Shown here: positions 1 to 14,539 of the stretch, piece by piece
Layout: each line of letters starts with the position of its first letter
How positions within the stretch are numbered: the stretch's first letter is position 1
Source: Octopus vulgaris
Lineage: Eukaryota
Direction of reading: 5' to 3'
Length of the DNA: 64,000 nucleotides
Assembly (NCBI GenBank): GCA_951406725.2
Contig: OX597836.1
Span: 8,556,001-8,620,000, forward strand
Program-made: the position numbers and the translations under genes
The notes under the pieces: model-generated
What the model was told of the DNA's origin: nothing
Databases searched by the model: none
The model's input: the letters and a program-made list of their open reading frames with translations, nothing else

Positions 1-716
1 TATATATATATACACATCTATATTAGTATATATGCATACATATATATATATATATTAGTGTACATATATACCTGTATGTATATTTATTAGTATTTATTGT
101 GCGTGTGTACATATGTGCACGAGTACATAAATATGTATATGTACGTATACGTGCACGTATTATTGCTTACAAATATGTGTGTGCGCGTGTATGTGTGTAC
201 ACGCACGCACATCGACGCAAGCCCACATACACACACAACACACACACACACACATACACACATACACACACGCACATTACATCTCGCCTCCCCGCCTTCC
301 CGCCCCGCCCATCTTCTCCCTCCTATGAATGGAAGCGAAATTACGCCAACCAGTTACAAGAGTTTTAACCCATTCCGTATACAATTTCTTAACATGATAC
401 GCCACATACAATATATATACATATATATAAATACATATACATATATATACATATATATACATATATATATGTATATATGTCTGGGTTGCACTTGCTTGAC
501 AAGTGATTTGATCCGAGTGGTGTCTTGGGACGGAGCACAATTACCTCATGGCAGAGTCATTAAAACGCTTTCGTAACATTCATAAGCAGTGTTTTATGGG
601 TTTCTGTTTTCCTTTACGACACCGAGGTCGACTCTGCCATTTCATCCATTTCGGGGGTCGATGGAACGTAGTATGAGTACTAGCCGCGCTTTTGGGGTCG
701 GTGTAATCGATTTAAA

Positions 717-1135
717 GGCGGCGAGCTGGCAGAAGCGTTAGCACGCCGGGCGAAATACTTTGCGGTATTTCGTCTGTCTTTATGTTCTGAGTTCAAATTC
801 CGCCGAGGTCGACTTTGCCTTTCATCCTTTCGGGGTCGATAAATTAAGCACCAGTTACGTACTGGGGTCGATGTAATCGACTAAATACCTATGTCTGTCC
901 TTGTTTGTCCCCTCTATGTTTATCCCCTTGTGGGTAATAAAGAAATAGGTATTTCGTCTGCTGCTACGTTCTGAGTTCAAATTCCACCGAGGTCGACTTT
1001 GCCTTTCATCCTTTCGGGGTCGGTAAATTAAGCACCAGTTACGTACTGGGGTCGATGTAATCGACTAAATACCTATGTCTGTCCTTGTTTGTCCCCTCTA
1101 TGTGTTTAGCCCCTTGTGGGTAATAAAGAAATAGG
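717..1135 (+). mobile_element. tRNA-derived SINE family A, full copy plus tandem body repeat
   Basis: Head GGCGGCGAGCTGGCAGAAGCGTTAG with B-box-like GAGTTCAAATTCC; central GCCTTTCATCCTTTCGGGGTCGATAAATTAAGCACCAG (resembles the Meta/Sauria-type SINE central domain); tail ...GTAATAAAGAAATA. More than 25 copies or fragments in the window. Confidence 0.9.
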
Positions 1136-1231
1136 TATAATCGATTTATGCCCTTCCCGGAAATTGGTAGCTTTGAAACCGCCAACGCCACCACCACCAC
1201 CACCACCACCACCACCACCACCACCACCACC

Positions 1232-1293
<62 letters not shown>

Positions 1294-1480
1294 TATTATT
1301 ATTATTATTATTATATAAAGGTGGGAAGCTGGCAGAATCGTTAGCAAGCCGGGCGAAATGCTCAGCGGCATTTCGTCCGTCTTTATGTTCTGAGTTCAAA
1401 TTCTGCCGACGTCTATTTTGCAGGTCAACATACTAACCACTACACCACCAAGGTACGCTTATATATATGTACATATACAT

Positions 1481-1772
1481 CACCGTGACCGACCAGGCTA
1501 TCAGATGTTGCGACACATCGCTGGTCACAATGCGTCTTAGCATTGTTTTAGCCTTCAAATGACGCCAAAGCGAGCAGGCCAACAGAAGAAAGAGTGAGAG
1601 AAAGTTGTGGCAAAAGAGTACAGCAGGGATGGCCACCACCCCCTGCCTGAGCCTCGTGGAGCTTTAGGCGTTTTCGCTCAATAAACACACACAACGCCCG
1701 GTCTGGGAATTGAAACCGCGATCCTACGATCGCGAGTTCGCTGCCCTAACCACTGGGCCATTGCGCCTCCAC
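1481..1772 (-). mobile_element. tRNA-derived SINE family C (tail type 1) with 14-bp TSD
   Basis: Minus-strand head GTGGAGGCGCAATGGCCCAGTGG...GGTTTCAATTCC (A and B boxes). Flanking duplication ATGTACATATACAT at 1467-1480 and 1773-1786. Confidence 0.88.
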
Positions 1773-2059
1773 ATGTACATATACATACATATGCATATAT
1801 GCACACAAATGCCCACGCACACATGCTTCTGTGTGACCTAACGATCCATCCCGCCGCTCCCTCCATCGCGCCTACAATTTGACATCGATAAGCAGGAACG
1901 ATCTGTTCAATATCTTAATCGCCGCCAACGCACGAATGTCTTAAAAGGGCTTCGGCAGGTATTTCCTCTTTTTGCCCACTCCTTTCGCACATATATACAT
2001 CAAACACCACTTGTTGTTTCCTCTTCAACTCTGAACCATATATCTTATATTATGCTCTG

Positions 2060-2112
<53 letters not shown>

Positions 2113-2144
2113 CATAAACACATATATTTACCTATATGTATATG

Positions 2145-2230
<86 letters not shown>

Positions 2231-2399
2231 TATATGTGTGCATATATATATGTCTATATATAATATACATGCAATATAATATATATATATATATTTATAT
2301 ATATGTGCATACATATATATATATTCATACACACATACACACGTACATACACAGACAGACATATATACACACACATATGTATGTATGTATGTATGTATG

Positions 2400-2434
<35 letters not shown>

Positions 2435-2475
2435 GCACACATGCATTTATATAGACAGACATACACACACGTATG

Positions 2476-2523
<48 letters not shown>

Positions 2524-3008
2524 CATAAATATATATATATAGAATATAATGTGTGGGAGTGAGTGCGCGCGTGTGTGTGTGCGTGTCAGGTTCAGAACTC
2601 AGATTAGTAAAAGCCTGTTAGTAGTAACCATGTAAGGGCAAAACACTCCGAGCTTAGCGAGCCGGGCCGTTGCCGCCGAAGCCCACAATCCCCTAACAAG
2701 CATGTTTGGTGAGGAATGTGAATGGTGAGCATTAAGCAGGATGAAACACAAAACCTGTCAAAAGGGCAACGAACTTAGGGCAAGTCAACAACCACCCAAC
2801 CCGTATGTAAAAGGTTTTATGCAAAATCTTTAGGACGTCCGCACTACGATCATAAGATCGTCGGTTCGATTATTGGGCAGGGTGCCCCATTGTGTCTTTG
2901 GGCAAAACATTTCAATATAAGGACGAAAACAAACCAATATCGGTTCTCGAGTAGTGGTGGTAAACAAGCATAAACAGAAACACACACAAACACGCGCACA
3001 AACACACA

Positions 3009-3110
<102 letters not shown>

Positions 3111-3117
3111 TCTTGTG

Positions 3118-3332
3118 TTCTTTTACTTGTTTATGCGGTCATGCTGGAGCACCTCCTTGAAGGGTTTTTTTTTGTCGAAGAATACCATTCCGATACTTAT
3201 TCTTTGTAAGCGTAATAGTTATTCTGTTGGTTTCTTTTGCCGAACCGCTAATGTTACGGAGACGTAAACACACCAGCATCGGTTGTGAAACGAAGCTGGA
3301 GGGACAAACAGACACAAAACACACTCACATAA

Positions 3333-3378
<46 letters not shown>

Positions 3379-3710
3379 GTATATATATAGTCTGATATTC
3401 TGATACTTGTTTCAGTCATTTCACTGTGACCATGCTGGAGCACCGCCTTTTAGTCGAGCAAATCGACCCCATGACTTATTCTTTGTAAGCGTAGTACTTA
3501 TTCTATCGGTCTTTTTTTGCCGAACCGCTAAGTTACGGTGACGTTAACACATCTACGTCCGTTGTCAAGCGATAGTGGGGAGACAAACGTAGACACAAAA
3601 CACACACACACACACACACACGGCAGGCTTCTTTCAGTCTCCATCTACCAAAATCCACTCACAAGGCTTTGGTCAGGCCGAGGGGGATAGGAGAGGCACT
3701 TGCCCAAGGA
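3118..3710 (-). mobile_element. SINE family B, two partial copies
   Basis: Reverse complement of the family B 3' part (GGCGGTGCTCCAGCATGG...TGACTGAAACAAGT; CTTAGCGGTTCGGCAAAA), matching full copies at 23566 and 38223. Confidence 0.85.
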
Positions 3711-4045
3711 ATTTGCACCACGTCGTTTCGAGATCGACCAGAATCTCAAGATTCCACCAAAACATTCATTGAATTAAAAATAAATGTTTTGTTAAGGAAA
3801 AAAGAAAAAAACCTTCTCACAATCAGATATTCTACAGAAAACAAAAATCAAACATGGAATGGTAAGGTTCTCACTCACTCCCACTTCCCCCCACTCTCAC
3901 ACACACTCTCTCCCTCCCCATATATATATATACATGTGTATATATGTGTGTGTGTGTGTACATATATATATATATATAGGTAAATATATAGGTAAATAGA
4001 TAGATAGATAAATATGTGTGTATATATATATATATATGTGTGTGT

Positions 4046-4085
<40 letters not shown>

Positions 4086-4352
4086 TTGAGAAGGAGAAAC
4101 AGAAAGTGAGAGAAAGAGAGACAGAGAGAGAGATTAAGGGAGTTACCTTATCAGGCATCCTATTTTGGCATTATATATCTATACATACATACGCGAATGT
4201 GTATTTATACACACACACACACATACACACACACACACACACACACATATAATAAACACACACGCACATATATATATATATATATATAATATACACAAAC
4301 ACACACACACTCATATATATATATATATGTATGTATATGTATGTATATATAA

Positions 4353-4538
<186 letters not shown>

Positions 4539-4925
4539 AATATATATATATATAGTACCCACCACCACCACACACACGCACATATATGCTCCTATGCATG
4601 TAGAGTTATATAATTTATCATTATATTCTGGTTAGCGTTTCTCGTTTTCGTTTTTCATTCAATTTTTCATCGTCGAAACTCTAAACGATATTTTTAGACC
4701 TTTCACTGCCGCCTCACTTTCTCTGGCCACCTGCCTGCCTGTCTGCCTGCCTGCCTGCCCGTCTGTCTCTCTTCCCCTCTGTCATTCTCTCTCTCTCTCT
4801 CTCTCTGGCAACCTGGTTAAATCCTGTCTTTCTTTCTCCTTGTCTCTCTCTGTCTCTTTCTTTCTCCCTCTTCAATTATTCTGGTTTCTTCAAACTTCCA
4901 CTCGTATGTATGCATGTGTATGTAT

Positions 4926-4985
<60 letters not shown>

Positions 4986-5035
4986 TACATACACATGCAT
5001 ATATATATATATATATATATGCATATACATACACA

Positions 5036-5097
<62 letters not shown>

Positions 5098-5246
5098 CAT
5101 ACATGCATATATTACATACATACGCACACACGCATAGATACACATTTCTATCTATCCATCTATCTATATTTATATATGTATGTATTGAAGTATGTGTGTA
5201 TGTGTTTGTATATATATATATATATATATGTATGCCTGCATGCATG

Positions 5247-5357
<111 letters not shown>

Positions 5358-5489
5358 ATCTATCTATTTATATACACATATGTATGTACGCATGTGTATA
5401 TGTATGTATGCGTATGTAAATATATATGTTTGTATAAGCACGGTCATTGCTGGAAATAACTCGGTATGGCAAATATTCCGAAACCAAGG

Positions 5490-5524
<35 letters not shown>

Positions 5525-5904
5525 ACACACAGACACACACACACACACATGCACACACACACACATGCGCACATGCACAATATTAAAATCACGCACGCTT
5601 ACTTGTTAACCTACCCACCTGCCCACCCACCCTCGAATCCTTTTTAGTCCATTGCAACAACCCACCCACGACCCTCACTACCAACATCCTCTACAGCCAT
5701 CTAAGGGCCGAACAATCTCCCACTTTGTCTGTCTGTCTGTCTCTGTCTGTCTCTCTCTCTCTCCCTGACACACCCTCTCTCACCCCATTACTCTCATCCC
5801 CCCTCTCCCACCCCCTCTCACTCTCTCGCTTGTTTTTCTTTCTTTCTTTCTTTCTTTCTTTCTTTCGTTCTTTCTTTCCTTCTTTCTTTCCTTAGATTGC
5901 GTAG

Positions 5905-6000
5905 TAGTTTCGTTACGTAACCGAGAGAAGGTCAGAGCCTCCCATCACAACGAAGCTGGACGCAGTCGTATAAAACAGTATACAGTTGTCATGGCAACAC
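5905..6000. promoter_or_regulatory. Candidate cis-regulatory island (bZIP palindrome, TATA-like, RFX X-box)
   Basis: GTTACGTAAC 5912-5921, TATAAAA 5969-5975 and GTTGTCATGGCAAC 5985-5998 in a non-repetitive, CpG-containing stretch. Motif match only. Confidence 0.3.
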
Positions 6001-6440
6001 GCCGCCGTTACATGACTACAGCATTCATAAGATGCTGGTTGGCCATTGAGGGCGGATTCTTGCAATTAAGGGTGACGCCGGGTGTAAGGGGTGGGTGGAC
6101 GCCGGGTGTTAAGTGACGAGCTGGGAATTCGAAATTGGTGCGAGAATTCTGATATATATTAGGTCAATGCAGAAATAATTCCAATTTATTTCGCCTTTTT
6201 TGTTATTTTAAACTTTGGTGCTTATTTTTGAATAAGCGTTTTGGTTTCGGTTTGCTGGTTTTTTTTGTTTTTACTTGTCTCGGTCATTAGAAGAATTTTT
6301 ATTTTGTCGAACGAATTGACTTCAGTACTTTTTTTGTTAAAGCCCGGTACCTATTTTATCGATTTCTTTTGCTAAACGGCTAAGTTACGGGGACGTAGAC
6401 ACACCAACATCGGTTAGTCGAGAAGGACCAATTCATCACC

Positions 6441-6674
6441 AAAGTCAGAAAACAACACAGCTCCCATGACATTCGGAAACATTTTTTCACGCTCAGAGTT
6501 GCTGAAGCATGGAATAAACTGCCTGCGTCAGTTGTTGACTGCCATGACACTGCATCCTTTAAGGCCCTCATGCTTTCCGAAATCCGCCGAAACTACACCT
6601 GATTATATATACACTTTAGATGAGTTGTAGTGCACCTGAGCACTGTACACAATGTTTTATTATTATTATTATTA
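6441..6674 (+). mobile_element. 5'-truncated CR1-clade LINE 3' end (ORF2 C-terminus, 3'UTR, (TTA)n tail)
   Basis: Frame from 6441 reads KVRKQHSSHDIRKHFFTLRVAEAWNKLPASVVDCHDTASFKALMLSEIRRNYT* (stop 6600-6602), matching the CR1/L2 ORF2 C-terminal pattern R..FF..RV...WN.LP..VV......FK. Short UTR and (TTA)n tail follow. Confidence 0.85.
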
Positions 6675-7260
6675 TCTCCACGACAACGTTAAACCCTGTA
6701 TCTTCCAAATTGCTCTTGCAGAAATCGAAAGAACTAAGAAATATAAAACTGTTATACTTCACGCCGCCAATTCTCCATACTTATCTTTGACCAAGTATGG
6801 CTTTTTTAAACATTTCAATATATTCCTGCAAAAAAAAAGTTCTTTAACAATAAAAAAAAAACCGTCGCATAAAATACATCCAAAAAATTCATCAGTACAA
6901 GAATTAAGAATTCTACCTGAATAGATAGACTTGTTTCATGCTGGCAAAAATATGTAAATTCTAATGGTTAATCAAAATTATTCTGAGTCTGAGATGTTTT
7001 GTTTCAAAGAAGTTGATCGAGTTTAGGTGCTGCCATGGCTGTGCGGTTACGAGGCTCGTTTTGCAACCACGTGGTGGAAACTGCGTGGAATCCTGATGTA
7101 TATATATATTATGTACACTTTTTTATGTACATTCCTTTATGTACACTGATTTGTTCTGCTTTTTTATGTTTAACCCTACAGTCTCTTATGTGGTGGTTTA
7201 ATAAAGTATGTGATTGAGTATTATCTGGTAATTGATATTTGATTTAGATGTATTTCTCCA

Positions 7261-7271
7261 TTTTCTTATCT

Positions 7272-7333
<62 letters not shown>

Positions 7334-7344
7334 AGATAAGAAAA
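7261..7344. repeat. Perfect 84-bp palindrome centred on (TA)n
   Basis: TTTTCTTATCTTGT (7261-7274) and ACAAGATAAGAAAA (7331-7344) flank a pure (AT)n tract. Confidence 0.95.
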
Positions 7345-7967
7345 AAAAATATATATATATATATGCGACGGGAATTCTTTCAGTTTCTGTCTAGAAAAAA
7401 AAATTCATTCACAAGGCACTGGTCAATCCGGAGCTATAGCAAAAAAAAAAAAAAATAATTACTTGCCCAAGGAGCCGCGCAGTGGAACTGAACCCGGAGC
7501 TATACAGTTGCAAAACGAACTTCTTAACCACACGGCCACGCCTGCGGGTATGTGAGAAATTATCGTTAGTTTGTCGAGGTTGTGTAGTGGAAAAAACAAA
7601 CAATAACTTTAGAAGAAACAGGATGAAATGTCTTCAAGTATTTAGTTTCGTTCGTCTCAGGTTCAATTCCCAGTGGAGCGATGAAATAAAATAGCTGTAA
7701 TTTGTTTGATTAGGTGGACTTGTGTATTGACTCTCTACGTATATATATACACACATTATACACTCTCATTGAAAGCTGAAACATTTGTACCGAAGTAACT
7801 CAGTGCTGTCATTGCTGTTGTTTAACCCTAGGTCAAGCATGAACCAGTAGACCAATGATCAATCGATTAAGACAGTCTAGCTGTGACCACCACTCTAAAT
7901 TTGAGAAATATATAGGATAACTGTATCTAACAAATCTTTTAACGCCTATCATCCTTTTTTGAGTGAA

Positions 7968-8490
7968 GGAGCGTGACCTAGTTAGGAATGTTGTTTCATT
8001 CAAGATCGCAAGACCGCGGTTTCGATTCCTGAACCGGGCGGTGCGTTGTGTTTTCTGCAAAATACTTCATTTCACGTTGCTCCAGTCTGCTCAGCTGTAA
8101 ATGGGTCCACCCTGCGACAGACTGGTGTCCCTTTCAGAGAGGTGGGGGTGGAAGTTGGGATCTCAGTTACCTATGCAGCATGGGAATCGGGTAAACAGCC
8201 CCATGAGTCTTAGGGTTGTTACTTTTACTTTTAGCCTTTCGAGGCCACGTAATGGGGATGCATGTAATCGACTAGCCCCTCCCCTTAAAATTGCTGGCCC
8301 CCGAGCCAAAACTTTGAAACTATTATCTAAGGTGGCTGCTGGGGAGCATGGCCTAATGGTTAGAGTGTTGCCCTCACGGTCAGTAGATCGTGGGTTCGAT
8401 TTCTGGTCCGAGCGGCCGTGGGTTGTATTTTTGAGTAAAAGCATTTCATTTCACGCTGCTCAAGTCCACTCAGCTGTAAACGTGTAAATG
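7968..8490 (+). mobile_element. Two degenerate CORE-like tRNA SINEs (family D)
   Basis: tRNA-like heads (GGTTTCGATTCC; TGGCCTAATGG...GGTTCGATT) followed by CATTTCACGTTGCTCCAGTC..CTCAGCTGTAAA, shared with 19268-19590 and 52430-52480. Confidence 0.7.
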
Positions 8491-9000
8491 GCACGTGTGC
8501 CACACGCTTCAAACTCAGGTTCCAATAATCGGCAGTGACTTGGTCAGAGAATCCTCGAAAACTGTCGACAATCGACGGCAAGATGGGCTGCTACGGATCA
8601 CAACTATCTCGAAGCGTGTATGCATGTGACATGGCACTACATGTGAATTTTGTATTCCTACTGACACTCCGAACATGACCTATACACCTCAACAACGGAG
8701 GACGACTACGTCTACAGCACCGCCGTTATCCGACGTAGTGGGGCATTTGTTAAAATCGCAAGCTGGAATTTTTGGGGTCGCTGGCAGAAGCATTACTTTG
8801 TCTACAGACTGGCACATTAAGGCCGACTGTTGGGTTTTGTCGGCATTCGTGAGGGTCATGGTGGACTTGTTGGACGAAAGCATCTCAACCCACCCCGAGT
8901 GATTGCCGCCGCATGTACAAATAAGTATGATCAAAGGCGTTCCAGCCAGTACTAACACTTCTGGTTTCTTAGACCACATTACACATTGCCCTTCTTTTCT

Positions 9001-9411
9001 TATTTCTCTATTGCCCACAAGGGGCTAAACACAGAGGGGACAAACAAAGACAGACCAAGGAATTAAGTCGATTACATCGACCCCAATGTGTAACTGGTAC
9101 TTAATTTATCGACCCCGAAAGGATGAAAGGCAAAGTCAACCTCGGCGGAATTTGAACTCAGAACGTAGCGGGAAACGAAATATTTATTTCTTTACTACCC
9201 ACAAGGGGCTAAACACAGAGAGAACAAACAAGGACAGACAAACAGATTAAGTCGATTATATCGACCCCAGCGCGTGACTGGTACTTATTTCATCGGCCTC
9301 AAAAGGATGAAAGGCAAAGTCGACCTCGGCGGAATTTGAACTCAGAACGTAGCGACAGACGAAATACCGCTAAGCATTTCGCCCGGCGTGCTAACGGTTC
9401 TTCCAGCTCGC
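9001..9411 (-). mobile_element. SINE family A, full copy plus tandem body repeat
   Basis: Reverse complement of family A, two body units. Confidence 0.9.
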
Positions 9412-10442
9412 AGCCCTTCTTTTCTAATACAGTAGGTTGTAATTTGAGGAGAATTTGCTTGCTATTTATAGCAAACAGAATGATCACACGGAGGCTCCCG
9501 AGTTGACACGGTTTATTGTTGCTGCAGTTGTCGCTGTCACTGTAAGTTAGAAAGTTCACGACACGATAAATTTGCAACCTGGTTTCAAATTCAAGTTGGA
9601 ATTGTCACGCTTGGAATCGATGGAATGCTATCGTTGTTGTTGTTGTTGATATTCTGGTTGGTGTCTCTGTCGTCGTCGTCGTCGCCATGAATGTCGTTGT
9701 TCAGTTAAAATTGCTAATTGAAAAGCTTAATTGAAAGAAATATTGCTCTCAGTGAACCGAGTCTGCAGCGTTGGTTTCGTTTCCCAGTGGGAACCGCTGC
9801 ATGACGTCATCAAGGACCCTCGGGGAAAAGAGGCAAAATTGTATTTTATCATTACCCGTATTCCACCCGACACGTGGAAAAGAAAATATCGGTTTTATGG
9901 CTGATGGAACAACACAAATAACAACAATCCATGTTGACAACAACAACAAAACCAACAACGACATTATTAAGTGTTTCATCAGGCCAGCAATATTAGCAGG
10001 TCAATCGATTACATCGACCCCAATATGCAACTGGTACTTATTTTATCGATCCCGAAAAGATGAAGGGCAAAATCGACCTTGGGAGGATTTGAAATCAGGG
10101 TGTAAAAACCGGAGGAAATACCGGTTTTAATGCTGAAACCGAGGTAACACTCTCGCATGGTACCTCTCCTGGCACTGAGTGCTCCAGAATGGTACCAACC
10201 ACCGTGATTTCTCATATGTCCGACACCATTACTGAGATGTCGTTAGCCTATCCAAACATGGTTGTCTACCGTGTTCCAGTTGAGGCGGGAATCCCTCATC
10301 AATTCCAACCTCCATGGAAAAGGCTCCAGCACCAAGACATACGAAAAGATTCAAATTAGAATCCTGAGCGGATAAAGTACCCATTGCGAAACAGATCTGG
10401 TTGATGGCAATTTATTTTGGCCACTGAACAGATATCAATATA

Positions 10443-11410
10443 CAGTGAAGCTCTCCTAAGACGAGGCCGAAACTGGCTGCTCTTAGGACAACTGCGAAAT
10501 GTTGATGGTTTTGCGATCAAAATCTATCGAAATCTGATTTATATTGGTCAGAGTCCCATTATGCATTATTACTGATGTATGCTGAAGCGAATGTCTCAAT
10601 GAAGTTCAGTGAAATAAGTAATTTTTAATCGGATTACTACGGTAATCCGGTTAAAAATGACTTTTGTTGCTGTTTTGCTAATGAATAGCTTTCGGATTGT
10701 CTGAGAGTCTACCGCCATTACCTGGAAGACGAACAAAATTCGCTTTAAGACATTTTATAATTGTTTGGATGCATTTGACAAATATCCATTTATAACACGT
10801 ATCCATATTCCAAGATGGCCGTCTCAGGAGTAGCGAAAAGAAATGATAACACAAATCTGAATAATGCGATGTTTTTCAAACGAGAGTGGAAAATAGAAAA
10901 CGAAACCGGACAGTGATAATAACAAACGCACAAGCAGAGTTTCAAGCTTAAACGCTTATAGAAGAGGTACAATGGAAGATCAAAAGAAGAAATTGTAATG
11001 AAAATATTTAATTTAATGATAGAAAAATGGTATTAACTATTTCGGTAACATCATTACCATCAACAACAACAACATAGCGTTATTTAAAAATGTTGCAGGT
11101 CAAAGAAAAGTACAAGGGATCAAGGTTTGTTACAAACGTCAGTGCCTCCTTGCTCGACGAATTCGTCGAGGAAAGTTTAAATTAGAAGGTGATTTAGTAC
11201 TGTTCAAAAATAAATGGATTGCGTGTGTTTCTATACGCCTTCATGTTAGAGAATGCCATTATGCGGGTTTGCAGGATGTGTATTCTGTCGACCAAGACAT
11301 ATAGAAATGTATAATTAGTTTTGAAAGACGAGGGCGAATCAATGAAACAGGCAGAACTATCGCACTAAACATCTGCTAAGAGCAGCCTGATGGCCTCGTG
11401 TTTGAGCATA
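10443..11410. mobile_element. Degenerate DNA transposon remnant (pogo/Tc1-like, tentative)
   Basis: Starts TA|CAGTGAAGCTCTC. ACGAGGCC..GGCTGCTCTTAG (~10461-10486) is inverted at ~11378-11399 (CTAAGAGCAGCC..GGCCTCGT). Internal hairpin at 10621-10658. No intact ORF. Confidence 0.4.
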
Positions 11411-11809
11411 AGAAATATAAGCGTTACAACCAGAGAAATCGCTAGTGAACTTGACTTTTAGAATATCATTACATTGCGGTAGAGTACAGGTACATAGTAA
11501 CCACTTAGGTGACATGCAAGGCAATCACATAAGGTATCTATAGACACCCAGGTTCTAATAATCTTCGAAGAATACCAGCGTATGCCGGAGTTTTATGAAG
11601 CGAAGAATATGGCCAAAAGACCATAGCACACAGAACATGCAACCTAGTTTAGATTTCAACATGTAGCTATTTCATTAAAAATGACTGCTAAACCAGCTTT
11701 CAGGATTTACTTCCTTCTGGATTCTTTTAGGGTCTCAAGGTACGTAAGCTTTGTGAGTTCATCTCACTTCTCAGAACAGGTCACAAAATGTACCTCCATC
11801 ATTTCATAA

Positions 11810-12040
11810 GGCGGCGAGCTGGCAGAAACGTTAGCACGCCGGGTGAAATGCTTAGCGGTGTTTCGTCTGCCGCTACGTTCTGAGTTCAAATTCCGCCGTG
11901 GTCGACTTTGCCTTTCATGCTTTTGGGGTCGATAAATTAAATACCAGTTACGCACAGGGGTCGATATAATCGGCTTAATCCCTTTGTCTGTCCTTGTTTG
12001 TCCCCTCTATGTTTAGCCCCTTGTGGGTAGTAAAGAAATA
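11810..12040 (+). mobile_element. SINE family A, full-length monomer
   Basis: Complete head-body-tail from GGCGGCGAGCTGGCAG to GTAGTAAAGAAATA. Confidence 0.92.
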
Positions 12041-12250
12041 AGAACAAGTCGCAGGACCATCGCCAGTTCTCACGACGTTGGATTCTACGGACACGTTGTG
12101 AGAATGTCTCAGAAAAGAATCACCGACTACAGGCCCAAGAGTAGACTAAGAGCAAGATGGTTGGGTAACTTGCACGAGCTCGGGTAGTATGGCTTGAGGA
12201 TCCAGTCGGATCAATTGGAGACGGTTGCTTCTGGCAGGACCTGATGGACC
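12041..12250 (+). mobile_element. RTE-clade LINE 3' fragment (degenerate)
   Basis: From 12083 reads FYGHVVRMSQKRITDYRPKSRLRARWLGNLHELG*YGLRIQSDQLETVASGRT*W, matching the RTE ORF C-terminal pattern GHV.RM...RP.GRP...W...A.DR..W. Confidence 0.75.
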
Positions 12251-13031
12251 GTAATCACCAGCACCATAATTCCCACAATCACCACCATCACCACCACCAC
12301 CACTGCCATCATCATCATCACCATTATCGTCATCACCACCAAAACCACCACTACCATCCCCACCATTACTATCATCATCACCACTACAAGCACCACTACC
12401 ACCACCACCACCAACAACAACAACGACAACACCACCATCGCAACCACTACCAACACCACCATCACCATCACCACCACCACCAACACCACCACCACCACTA
12501 CTCTGTCCTCCACACCACCCTCCACCCCTCTCTCTCTCTGTTTTTATCTCTCTCCATATAGTCATATATACATGTATACACACACACACACATATATATA
12601 TACATACACACATACACACACACACATACATACACACACATATATATATATATAACAGGCCCCACCCACTTCCCTCCTCACAGCAGGGGACCTCCCACCC
12701 CTTTTCAGTTATCTTGGCGACATTCTTGGATTGGATTACAAACTTCTTACTTTTTATTTCAAGAGGTGGGGGTGTGACGGGTTGGTGGAACGGCGATTAG
12801 AGATTGTGTAAGTGATGTATGTATGTCCGTGAGTGTGTGTGTGCGTGCGTGTGTATGAATGGGTGTTAGTATGTGCTAGTGTATGCGTGCTTGTGTGTGA
12901 GTGCGCGTGTGGTATAGTATGTGTGTGTGTGTGTGTGTGTTTCTTATAAACACAGGCAGTAACACTCTTACGCACTCTTTGAGAAAGTTTTTGGATATCT
13001 TTGGAAGGCTAAAGTTTGTGGCCAGACACAC

Positions 13032-13072
<41 letters not shown>

Positions 13073-13200
13073 CAAATACACACATACACACATCCGTGCA
13101 AGCGCACATGCGAATAGACAGAAGTGTGAGTGTATGTATACATAGATATGTGTGTGCAGGTGTATGTATGTAAATATGTATGTATACACACACATATATA

Positions 13201-13254
<54 letters not shown>

Positions 13255-13286
13255 TGTATTTATGTATATATATATATGCATTTATT

Positions 13287-13326
<40 letters not shown>

Positions 13327-13585
13327 TATATTTATGTGTATATATATATATGTGTGTGTGTATATATATATATATATGCATGCATTTATGTATGTATATA
13401 TATATATGTGTGTGTGTGTATTTATGTATATATAGACAGTCATATAGAAGTGCTCGTACAAGTGCATATATGCATATGCACTTAGGCACACGTGTGTGTG
13501 TGTGTGTGAGTCTGGCTTTATGGAGGCATTAGAAATTTGAAGTGAGATAAGCTTCGAACTATAATCCTTACACACACATACACAC

Positions 13586-13634
<49 letters not shown>

Positions 13635-14046
13635 CATGTATATATATAGAAACATACATGCATATATATATGCATATAAATACATATACACGAGTGTGAA
13701 TGTATGCATGTATATGCATACATATACACACACATACACATGTACATGTTTATATAGATGCATATATACATGCATGTGTTTATGCAGGTATATATATATA
13801 TGTGTGTGTGTGTGCATATATATATGGGTATATATATGTGAATGTGTGTACGTGCGTGTGTGTATGTAATTATGTATGTATATAGATATGTATATATATG
13901 TACACGCACACATATATACACACACACACACATATATATACATATATAAACTCAAAGCAGTAACAGAATGAATTATCTTATTCAAACGAATAAATATACT
14001 TTACTGCATGTATTGATTGCTCTTGCCATTTGGTGTAAAGTCAAAG

Positions 14047-14089
<43 letters not shown>

Positions 14090-14539
14090 TCTCTCTCTCA
14101 CACACCCTCACACACACACACACTATCGAAGATTCCGATGTGTTGCGAAAACAAGGTTCATTTTGTACCACACCACATATATATTACTGAATTCACGCTA
14201 TTTATAGCATAATTTATAAACCAATTTGAATATATTCCGTAATTTAGCACTAGTTATGCAAATCGGATTAATCGGCAGTGCACAATCACCAAATATAGAA
14301 CTATTCGCTGTAATTCCCTTCGTGAGGTGACTACACGATATTCTGTCTTATGTGAAAGTTGAGCGATATTTGAATCAGCGCAGTTACAACTGTTTTCTCC
14401 GTCCACAGGGACAATAGAAGGCATGTATTTACACTTATCGGAAAACAATTACGCCCCCGAGGCATCGTAATTTACCATGAGAGGTTCATTTTGTAACATA
14501 TTAGAGATATAGCAGATATATGTATTACTTTATAATTTA

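Noticed and set aside
8520-8990. Possible exon or LTR-element fragment (109-aa minus ORF); similar unique block at 30390-30920
   Set aside because: No recognisable protein motif or supportable splice structure; needs BLASTX.
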